Source of the DNA: Octopus vulgaris
Lineage: Eukaryota
NCBI GenBank assembly: GCA_951406725.2
Contig: OX597818.1
Coordinates: forward strand, 12,710,001-12,774,000
Direction of reading: 5' to 3'
Length of the DNA stretch: 64,000 nucleotides
A model generated the notes under the pieces. That model did not search any database, had not been told where the DNA came from, and worked only from the letters and a program-made list of their open reading frames with translations. Shown here in pieces: positions 53,212-64,000 of this stretch. A program made the position numbers and the translations under genes. Each line of letters opens with the position of its first letter. Within the stretch, counting starts at the first letter, position 1.

Positions 53212-54530
53212 GATGTATAATTTCCTTGAAGGGAACGTTATTCCACCGGAAGACCAGAAAATATGTAAAAAAAACTGGTGTACAAAAGGTCAACTTGTGA
53301 CTGATAAAACAATCCTCGTGGATTGTACAAAGAGACACAAGAATTGAGCCATGACAAGGGTAGATTACAGAAAAGCCTACGACATGGTTCTCCATAAATA
53401 GATTTAAGAGTACGTGTCTCAAGCGTCAGGCAATGTATATAGATTTACAGAATAATTGTTGGTCAGCTGGAAAAGAAAATAAATTTCTTGCGGGTAACAG
53501 TTAGGGACTGTTAACACACGAAGAGGTATATTTAGGGAGACAGTTAATCGCCACTCGTATTTGTCTTCTGCATGACTTATGTGAGCGAAATCCTTAAAAG
53601 TGGGATATGTGCGTGATGGTATTAAGATCAACGATCAGGTGTTCATTGATCATTCAAAGCTATTTGCGAAAGATGACGACGAAATTGACAGCATAATTTC
53701 TACTATAAACCTGATTGGTCAGAGTATTGGGATAGATTTTGGGATTGAAAAATGTTGCATTGTGACACTGAAATGTGGAAAACAAAGAACAGAGGGTTTG
53801 AGCTTGCAAATGGCCATATTATTAAAGACGTAGGTGAGGAAGAATTCAAGTATTAAGGAATTTGTCAATAAGATCAAAGTAGGAAATGATGGAGATATTA
53901 AAAAACGAATATATCTGGCTTGTAATGTAATCTAAATTGAGTGGAAGGAATAAGATAAAGGCTACGAATATATGCGCTGTGTTCCTAGAGATAAAGTAGG
54001 CTTTGAATGAAATAAGAGTTGGTCATGGCTTGGGAATTGCGATCTTATAGAATGAATTAAAGCTCTGATGTGTAGCGCCATGGAAGAGGTTCTCCGAACT
54101 AACTGCATTAGATATCGTGTTGACAAAACGACATAATCACTTTTATGGAAAATATGTGGAACAAAAGAAAAAAACTATCTGTCATATTGTAAGCGAAAGT
54201 ACAAATGTTGACATAATAATGTTGCTAAATATGCCCATATACCCATTACATAATATTTGGGAAATATTGGTTTGCCAGAGCAGCTAAATGGTATAAGCAG
54301 GAAGTTGGTTAGAGAATGAAAACTATTTAGATTTTGTGCGAATTTATCATTCAGTATAATAGAATGACTGGGGCAAGGATAGCAGATACTGTATTTATCA
54401 CCAAGAAAGACAACGGCTCAAATTAATGACTGGAGCAAGGAAGCCAGACATTGTACTTGTTAACAAGGTAGAAAACGGCCCAAATTATTGATATCTCTAT
54501 ACCAGGAGATGGTAGAGTGAACGATAAATA
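53212..54530 (+). mobile_element. R4/Dong-clade relic, old, downstream of (TAA)n
   Basis: DYRKAYDMV, RRGIFR, FIDHSKLFAK...IGIDFGIEKC, ARKPDIVLV..IIDISIPGD. (TAA)n at 53128-53210. Confidence 0.75.
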
Positions 54531-55153
54531 ACTTGTCTGCATTCTGATTGTTGTAAATAGTCTTCGACTATTGTTGTTTTAAATAGTCGTTAACTCTCTT
54601 GCTAATAGGTAAATCTTGAGTTACATGCCTGTGGAAATAATTTTTTATGTGTTTGGAGATATAATGAGACAATTCTCGTGTCTAAGTTTTTAATTGAAAT
54701 AACATAATTGGAATTTGTGATATGTTGGATTGTAATGACCATAAATGCTTCTGTTCTGTTTAGTTGTAATGCAACTTCGACCAAAAGACCTTATCATGGA
54801 AGACATTGAATCCACATATATATTTTCACAATATACTTACATATGACTACATTATCGAATTAATCGCTTTTAAGACAGCATTGTGCAATTGAAGGGAGAC
54901 TTTACTTCTATTTCAAGAAAATATCTAGACCGAAGAGTTGATCAAGCGTTGGTAAAGCAATTTGTCCAAGGAAAGTCAAAGTGAAAACCTCTGTGGGATT
55001 ATGTATTAAAATCAGTATTATGGAAAGGAAATACATCCCCCGACAAAAAACAAAAGAAGAACAAAAATAAAAAAACACAAAATTAAAAGGTAATAGAAAA
55101 TGAAAAATAGAATAAATTGGTTTAACAGTGATTTAACATTTGGATTACAAAAC

Positions 55154-55385
55154 TTTCTTTATTGCCCACAAGGGGCTAACCATAGGGGGGACAAACAAGG
55201 AGAGACACAGGAACTGAGTCGATTACATCGACCCCAGTGCAAAACTGGTACTTATTTTATCGACCCCGAAAGGTTGAAAGGCAAAGTCGACCTCGGTGGA
55301 ATTTGAACTTAGAACGTAACGGCAGAGGAAATACTGCTAAGTATCTCGCCCGGCGTGCTAACGTTTCTACCCGCTCACCGACTTA
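55154..55385 (-). mobile_element. SINE family B, well-preserved copy
   Basis: CTGGTACTTATTTTATCGACCCCGAAAGGTTGAAAGGCAAAGTCGACCTCGGTGGAATTTGAAC (Meta-domain-like core plus B-box). Confidence 0.85.
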
Positions 55386-55409
55386 AGGGTGAGGAAAATT
55401 CCCAAACAG

Positions 55410-55570
55410 CGTGGCAACAGTGACGTTGCAACTCATTTCTTCTGCTGAGTGAACTATCACAAGGTGAAAGAAAGTGTCTTGATCAAGAACACGACACGCA
55501 ACCCATTCGGGGAATCGAACTCATAGCCTCACGATCGTAAGCACGACGCTCTAAGACACTGAGCCATGCG
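55410..55570 (-). mobile_element. tRNA-derived SINE family D (CORE-like) fragment
   Basis: Sense TGGCTCAGTG (A-box), GAGTTCGATTCCC (B-box), TTCTTGATCAAGACACTTT. Confidence 0.65.
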
Positions 55571-56114
55571 GTTTCATAATACGGGTGAATATTCTTTTCT
55601 ACTCTAGGCACAAGGCTAACTTTTCTGCAAGCTCGCTGCATTAATACGTGAGAATATTTATAAAATGTGTGAAGAATTTAATCTAAGATAAACTACGGTG
55701 TTAACGAAATTTAGCAAAGTAAAAGGTAACAGTTTGACGGCACAACTCAAAAGATTAAGTAGCAATGAAACTAATACAATATTATGCAGTAATTCTCTAA
55801 GAGTGGTGCGCAGTTAGATAGAAAGATAAGAAGACGCATGGCCGAGAACAGTATTAAGAAAATACATCAGAAGAAACTTTATGAAAATGAATTAAATTTT
55901 GCAAAAATTCTTTAAGATACATTTTATAAAAATTGTTATATTTAGATAGTTGTTTAAAAAAAGCAATATAAACTCATGATCGTTAACTCTCGCCCGAACG
56001 GTTTGATATAAAGCAAACAGAGGAATTAGTGTCAGATTAAGTACACACACACACATGTATGTATGTATGTATGTATGTATGTATGCATGTATGTATGTAT
56101 GTATGTATGTATAT

Positions 56115-56302
56115 GATTGACCGCTAAATTCACAAGCTTTTTTACATTCTCTCACTCTGTTTATTCCCTCCTGTTCCTTTCTGTTGAAGAGCGTAGGCTC
56201 GAAACGTAAAATACTTTCTCACCTTCCCGAGCGTCAAACTATTACACCCGCTTGTTATTTATACACCTGTCTTCGTCTTTCGTTTTTCTGCAAATTTCAA
56301 CT
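56115..56302 (+). mobile_element. Solo Penelope terminal repeat, same family as 1449-1625
   Basis: Aligns with the reverse complement of 1449-1625 and ends TTTCAAC-(TA)n. Confidence 0.8.
56178..56211 (+). ncRNA. Minimal hammerhead-like motif (A6U variant)
   Basis: TTT-CTGTTGA-A-GAGC(GTAG)GCTC-GAA-ACGT-A-AAA. Confidence 0.5.
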
Positions 56303-56319
56303 ATATATATATAAACGAG

Positions 56320-59300
56320 ACCCCAAATAAATACAAAACCCACTACCACACGCATTATTAGTTCTCAAAACAGAATGTTTTTAGCCATAATGAATCTGGC
56401 AAAAGAGCTGCAAAAGAACATTCTACTCATCACACAATGACACTCCCCACCACCACCCTACTGCACAAATTTCCATTTCTACCATTAACAAGCAAATCAC
56501 CAAAACAGTCAAAATCAATCACCACTGTCGCCTCAACATTTTTGCTCAATGTACAAGGCATCAGCCCTTCCACCAATGCCCAAAACTGGAAGATACAATT
56601 TATTGAGGACCGTGTTTATGATCATCCACACCATATCCATGTTTTGTCCTTACAAAGACCCATCTCGATAACCTCCACTTGGAAGCTGAGGTGAGAGTGA
56701 AGAAATTTTACAGCCATCCGTGCAGATTGTGTTGGCAGTAGAAAGCGTGGGACCGCCATTTTTGTGCACGATTCTTTTTCTTCTAAAACAATTGATGTAT
56801 GTACCAACGGCTACTCTGAGGCAGCTTCTGAGTATAGTAAAACCAACAATTCAATAGTAGTTGTGCTCTATAGGCCACCCTAACTCCTTTTCTACGCTTC
56901 AAATAATGCCTCAACAGTATTAAGTGTTTTATCCTTTTATTAATGATGGGGGACTTCAACCTTCCCAGTGTTGATTGGTCCACAAACAGCTTGAAATCAG
57001 GTTTTTCCACCTCAATCCCTGATAAGGAAGCAATCAAATTGCTTCTTGATTTCATGGATGAGTTTTTCCTGACCCACCCTGTTCTCGAACCAACAAGGTG
57101 TCACAAAAACACCTTGGAACTAGTGTTCAATAACCACACTGATACTATCCTCAATATTGCAGTGGAAAAAACACTACTACTCTCGGACCATGACATGGTT
57201 CTCTGCGATCTAAGATTCTACCACCCAAAGATCAAAGCTAATGATATCTCACCAGTCCATCCATTTGACACTATGGATTTTCATAACGCAGACTGGGATG
57301 CGATCGATTATGATCTTTCACAAGTTGATTGGGTCGTCACGCACACCCTCCAACTTGAACACATCATGGCAGACATTTGTAAATACTTTAAAAAAATGTA
57401 TGCGCAGAACATACTCCATTACGATCAGCATACAAATCTAAGTGCAGAATCGCTAGAAATAGAAGAGCAATTATCAGAAAAATAAAAAGAATTAACAAGA
57501 AAATGAACCAACTTAAATGCTACCAGCAGCAACGCACCCATTCGATTGCCATTGCGTTACTCGAATCGAAAAAACACAACCTTCAAAGAAGTATAATGAC
57601 CATCATTAACAAACAAAGAGCAGCTGAGGAGAGGTGGGCCATTGAGAAAATAAAACTCAATCCCCAAATGTTCTTTTCATTTGCAAAAAAAAAAAGAAAA
57701 CAAAGACGTTGTTACCACTGTTAGTCCTCTGGCTTATGATAACAACACCTTACATGATGATGCAAAATCTATGTGCTAGATACTGCAGAGACAATACTGC
57801 TCTGTCTCCAGTAACCGTAATGCGGTTGATCTGGCTAGTATCAGTGATATAACCCTCAACTAACCATATCTGACAACTTTTGGTGCTCCTGATATCCTAA
57901 CAGAAATAGATAAGATCAAGCACAACTCGGCATAAGTTCTCGGCCACTCTCCTGAAGATGTGTCGAACATCAATTTGCACCCCCTCTACCTGAGCTCAGG
58001 AGAAACCCACTTGATTCTGGCTACATTCCTGACCCTTTCCTCTCCTAGTCTGTCGTTCCAGTCTTCAAAACGGGAAACAAATCTCTTGCAGGGAACCACC
58101 GTCTGATTTCATTCACTTCTCAAATCATTAAAGTATTTGAGACGGTGGTGAAATCACGAATAACTCACTTCTTCGAAGACAACAATCTGTTGAAACCCAA
58201 CCAGCATGGTTTCCGTGATGGCAGGGACTGCCTGTCGCAGCTTCTGCACCATTTTGATGACATTTTAATAGCGTTGGGAGAAGGCAACACTGACGTCATA
58301 TACCTTGATTTCAGCAAGGCATTTGACAGAGTGGACCAGAAAATCCTGCTGAAGAAACTGTCCAACATGGAAAGCTGCCGCAATAGATAAAATATTTCAT
58401 GACGAACAGAACCCAGCATGTGTCTAAGGAAATACGATTCAGCTCAGTCAAAGTCAGTACTGGTCTCCCACAAAGTATTATGTTGGGTCCACTCCTTTTC
58501 ATTATTTAGATGTCATCAAACTTTCTACATTGAAATGTTTGCAGATGATTCAAAACACCGGAAAGCCATAAACTGTATCTGTCAGATTTGTTTGGTATTG
58601 TCCAATGAGCGGAAAAAAAACCAATATGCTTGTAAGTGAAAATGAGGTTGATTTGATCCACTTCGGAACAGAGGGACCTCTGAAATTACCATAGGCCCTT
58701 CCCTCGGGCGACTACATGGTGTCATCCAACAACACCAGAGACCTTGGAGTAATTGTTGTTAACAATCTAAGCTGGAGTACCCCCGTAAATAGCAAGGGTG
58801 ACCTGGCCCGCAAGATGTGCTCCTACACAATCTTCCTTTAATAGCGTTTTTTCCCGACCCCACCTTGAATACTGTTGCCCACTGTGGTCCCCCAATACGA
58901 AGCAACTCATTAGGAAAGTAAAAACACTCCAGAGGTTAATAACAAGAAAGATACACGGCATGCGAGACATTTACTATTGGGTCGACTAAAAAACTCAATT
59001 TCCACTCTCTCCAACTCCACCGGAGGCACTACATCATTTGTGTGATGTGGAAAATATGGCATCAACATGCACAAATGATTTTGGCTTCAGTTTTAAAATC
59101 TATCCGAGACTTGGCCCCCGTGCTATCCAACCACTACAAAAATCGAACTCGGTAAACAAAGAAAAATTACGTCACAATTACTTTACCTCCACCGGCCCAG
59201 CTCTGTCTTATACCATACCAAAATAAGTTAAAACGGAAACGGACCCCATAAAATTTAAATGTTCACTGGAGAAATTTCTTCAAAAAAATCCCCGACCAAT

Positions 59301-59454
59301 CTCCTACAGTCAGATATGAATCCAACAATAGTAATTCTTTGCTAGAGTGGTCCATAGTGCCCCACATATGACTAAAAACCTCACCAGGTGGTGCTATTAA
59401 GTTAGACATGGCCTGGGCCTATACTGGCCAAAACATATCAAAGTTATCAAAGTT
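56320..59454 (+). mobile_element. CR1-group LINE ORF2 (APE + RT), inactivated
   Basis: APE: LLNVQG, YRPP, MGDFNLPSVDW, EPTR..NTLELVF, SDHDMV. RT: QHGFR..CLSQLL..YLDFSKAFDRV, LGPLL, MFADDSK, RDLGV, RPHLEYCCPLW. 3' end has a short tandem (ATCAAAGTT)2. Confidence 0.9.
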
Positions 59455-59459
59455 ATATA

Positions 59460-59510
<51 letters not shown>

Positions 59511-61050
59511 TTTATACATTCCTCTCTAAGATACACACACATTGAAGCGGTCCTTCAGTTTTTAAAAGTACTCGGCAGGTAATTTTACAGAGCTTTCGCG
59601 ATATACTTAAAGGCAGGAACTTCCCAGCACTTCCCTTATATATACATATATATATATATATAAAAGACAACTCCTAGAAAGCAGATATCGACCTAAGTCA
59701 AGAAATGAACCAAAAGACAGCCGTGGTTCGATGTTGAAGTATATCATTCGTAACTTTCATGGAGAAAAAATCATGACCATCAGTGAAAACATGAGGTTGC
59801 ATAATATTGCAGACCCATGACACTTGTTCCTTAGTTATATTCGGCTGAAAGGGATTCTCGAATGACTTGTTCTCGTAGAATATGTTTGTCTTTTTCCTGG
59901 GTGTCCGCTGTTTCGTCTCTATTTTATCGTCTGGTTTGCTTTGTCCTCAGTTGCCTGGTGTACTCTTTATAAAGAAACATTTGTATATACAGTAATCACT
60001 TATATACTGCAACCATTTGAGGGCAAAATAGTAATTTATCGAAGGATGCAGGGAGAAAAATTTGAGAAAAATTACAGGTTTATCCACCGTAATCTCAGGA
60101 AATTAAAACCCTATATACAAAGTGCACATTTCTAAATCAACATTTGGAAATCGATGAACATTAAAGTGATTTTTCTAGCTGCTGGAAAATGATTTAAAGA
60201 AAGATAACGCTGACAAGAACAATGACAAAAAAGTGTAAGATGTTTTAGCTTGAACATCAAATATACAATCACACACAAACACATTTGAAGCTAAACAGAC
60301 ATTCGCATATGCTCAAATAATCTTTTTTATAGCATTACTCTACTTGGCATATATTTCTTTTATTGCTATGACGTGTGTCCATTTCAAGTACAAATATAAT
60401 GCATGTGTGTGTATCTCATTTTATTATACCATATATATGTGTGTGTGTTTGTGTGTGAATGTGTATGTTTGCAGATATTTGTGCGTTCATGCATCAGGAT
60501 ATATGTTAGTATGTACGTATGCATGTATGTTTGTATGTATGTGTGTTTGTATGTATATATGTGTGTACGCGCTCACACACTCATACATTGCATGTATGGT
60601 GCTTAGGAGAGAAAAGGATTCCATACGTAATTGAATGGAAGCTCCTTAAATAACTGGGGAATATACAACTGGGAGTAACGGTGTAAACTTAGTTTGGCAG
60701 AGAGAGCAAATTCTTACAAATACAAGCTGGACCTTTGTAAACTCCACGAACAAAGGATCTAGTGAATGACCTCATCTAGAATGTGTCCTACAAAATTGGA
60801 ATTCCCCATTCGTTGAATAGGTCTACCACAGCCCATTGATTCTCTCATCATATATTTACTCTGAAAATTATGCTTCCATAATTTTCAGCTTTAACCCATG
60901 CTTCAAATAAATATAACAACTACATATTGAAATGGAATACTGGAATAAGCAGGATATCCCAGCTTGAACCTTAGCCCTACCTAAATAACATGCATATACA
61001 TACATATATACATACGTACGTACGTATTTACATACACACATGCATACAAT

Positions 61051-61082
<32 letters not shown>

Positions 61083-61086
61083 CATA

Positions 61087-63205
61087 ATGTGAACAATAGC
61101 ATACCACACTGCTTAGGTCTGGCATAGACAAAACTGATTCCCAAACGCCGAACGGCCAATTCTATGGCAGAACTTAATGAATAAACTATATACAACATGC
61201 TTAAACATCTTCATTATGAAAGTAATATCATCATCACAGCAGAGCAAGCAACTTGGAAGAAAGGAGTCCGTGGATATGCCGAGAAACCGTTAATAAACAA
61301 AACTGTAACGTCAGAATTGCGAGAGCATAGGCGGAACCTCGTTTCAGTGTTGCTGGACTACAAGAAAGCCTTTGAGTTTTCTCATGAATGCTAGAATTCC
61401 ATGGACTTGTAAAGTTCCAGTAGGTATAGCAAAGTCATAAGTGAGCCGATTTAATCATAGGCCACCATCTTGAAGTTAAATACAGGGAGATATTGTATTA
61501 TCACTGATAGAATACAATGTTACAGAAGCATATTCCAAGGGACATCCTCTCCGTGATGTTGTTTATACTTTCTGTAAACCCTTTGTCATTCATTTTAAGG
61601 ACGTCTGAAGGATATCTCACTGGTTTACAAGGAAACAGAAATACCAAAATTGCACGCATTTTCTTTGTGGCTCACTTGAAACTATATGCAAAAATATGCA
61701 TGGAATGAAAGAAGAGATTTAACCTGGTCACAACATTCTCAAAGGATATAGGATGGTGTTTGGCCAGGGTAAATGCTGCTTTATAGTTGTTAAAATAGGG
61801 AATTGTAAAACAGACTAATAATATCTCCATCAGTTACTTGACTATTTCCCCTATATCTGATGAGGAATGTTACAGGTACCTTGTGGAGGATGAAAACATA
61901 ATTTACGATGGCACCTGTGACAAGACATGTGTCACTAAGGAATGTTACGGACGAATAGTGAAATATGGACCTCAGATCTCTGTGCATTCAATAAAACAGT
62001 TGCCTACAGATTGCTTGCAGTACATTTGGGCTGCTTGATTGGATGCTTAATGAGACTCAGATATTAATATGAAAACCTGGAAGATACTATCCAGCACACA
62101 TAAATTCCAAATCAACAGTGTCGTAGAAAGCCTCTACCTAATATGAAAACAAGGCGGCAGAGGCTTAATATCAAACTAGACTGCCTTTGAATATCGTATC
62201 ATGTCCCTTCAGCAACATCGTTTAACCGCCAAGTTTTGAAGTGCATCCTTTGACCAAGTTTGCACACATGAGGCTGATAACATCATGAGACTTGGAAAGA
62301 AATTCCTAGAGCAACATTCCTTGTGTGATAACTTTGAATACATGCCCAAAGAAGTCCCATGACTATCCTGCAACCTATCATCAGATGAAAGGATGAACGT
62401 ATAACATGAAAAGACCATGCATGGATATGTTAGTAGAAAGCCCTGAGATGATAGTAACATTGATCATCAAAGCAGTCTATCATAAACCAACAACCGGATT
62501 AATACCTCTTACTTTGAAGGGTATGTGTTTGCAATCCAGGAGCAGAAAATATAAACCAATACCTGATGTACAAAAGTAACAGAGAAGCAGGAAAAGTAAC
62601 GAGATGAGTCAACCTATGTAGAGTTTGTGGTGTTAACACCGACGACATCACCTACGTCATAAGCAGCTGACCAAAAATGTCACCACGGTATTTCCTAATG
62701 ATGAGACACGATGTTGTGGTTAAGTCGCTGTATAATGAGATCTGTCGGAAGGATAACCTTGAAACCAAAGAAATAAGAATCTACAGTGTGGTGGAAGCCA
62801 TAGCCACTCATAATAAAAAGGAGTACCGGTGGAATATCCCAGATTAAAGCTCAATAAAATGTAAATATAACAACGTAGACATAATAATTTGGGATTCTGA
62901 AGAGAAAGTGTGTACAGTTGCGGAAATCAGTTACCCAGCGGATGTTAACATAAAGATAAAGATCAGCGGAAAGGAAAACGCCTACGCCGAATTGTTGAGA
63001 AATCTACAATTACTCAGCCCATATTACATGTTTAGGTTTATACATGTAATTATTGGGGCGCTGGGATATATAACACACTAAGTATCAATCTTGAGAAATT
63101 AGGCTTCTCAAAACCAGGAAGGAGTAAGCTGAGTTGTGAACTAAAGATTCAGGCCATCACTGGAATTGTAAAAATCTCTAACATTTTCCGTAAGTTTATC
63201 ATGTA
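61087..63205 (+). mobile_element. R4/Dong-clade relic
   Basis: LLDYKKAF, IFQGT/ILSVMLFILSVNPLSF, FFVAHLKLYA, YRYL, GGRGLI, HGY, FAIQEQ, CRVCG..RHDVV, EISYPADVN..KENAY, IIGALG. Confidence 0.8.
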
Positions 63206-63285
63206 CGTATATATGAGAATGTTTAAACATGCAGCTACATGTATGAGAATACATACATAAAACGAAACATACAAATCTACACATG

Positions 63286-63391
63286 TCCATCCATCCATCC
63301 ATCCATCCATGCAACCATCCATCCATCCATCCATCCATCCATCCATCCATCCATCCATCCATCCATCCATACATACATACATACATACATA
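63286..63391. repeat. (CATC)n/(CATA)n microsatellite
   Basis: Direct read. Confidence 0.95.
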
Positions 63392-63516
63392 AAAAAATAC
63401 CCTGTTGATGTTAAAATTCCAGTGACGCAGTCTTAGATCTAAGTTAGAAACAGGCTCTTAATTGCTTGAAATAAAATTAATAACGATATATATACTTACA
63501 AACATACACACGCAGT

Positions 63517-63550
<34 letters not shown>

Positions 63551-64000
63551 TACGCAAACACACACAAGCTCATATATGTATGTATATACATATATACATT
63601 TATATACATATACAAAAATCTAACTATATATAGATATACATATATGCACGTTTGTGAGTGTGTGTGCAATTAATTCTCTCAAACTGTTTCTGTGTATATG
63701 TTAGTCTTTGTGAAATTAGTATAGCAATGCTTCAAAATATGCACAAATATATGAGAAGTGCAACCTACATCATCTTTCAAATGTTATTGGCATCACTACA
63801 TGATTGCAACACTTCAGTATTCTTTACATATGTTTTGTCAAATGGTGTCAGGTTACTGGTACAAATGAATTATGAATTCACAAGAAGCCCAAACAGGAAT
63901 TAAATTTCTTCAAGTATATAAGAAATCCAAAATTTCCTCAAATTCTATAGATAGTCTGTATTTTCACCATCATCAAATCGTTAGCTGAAAATTGATATCT

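Noticed and set aside
56943-57485. Longest ORF (180 aa) as a host gene
   Set aside because: It is the APE C-terminal part of the broken CR1-group LINE ORF2.

Overview
AT-rich eukaryotic DNA dominated by microsatellites and transposable elements. The SINE families resemble those of an Octopus (coleoid cephalopod) genome; this is an inference, not a database match. I find no supportable host protein-coding exon, and nearly all listed ORFs are translations of (TA)n, (CA)n, (TAA)n, (GA)n or (CTAT)n repeats. Recognisable content: five R4/Dong-type (RLE) non-LTR retrotransposon relics, mostly next to (TAA)n; one CR1-group APE+RT LINE; several Penelope-like (PLE, GIY-YIG) relics and terminal repeats in (TA)n; a mariner relic; hAT- and pogo-type MITEs; and four kinds of tRNA-derived SINE. 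The most notable signal is a set of minimal hammerhead-ribozyme-like motifs in PLE-type termini. One, inside a 135-bp fold-back element (28175-28520), has an apparent compensatory G3-C8 swap of the canonical C3-G8 core pair. A second copy of that fold-back (42563-42777) has nearly the same outer arm boundary. All calls were read by eye.
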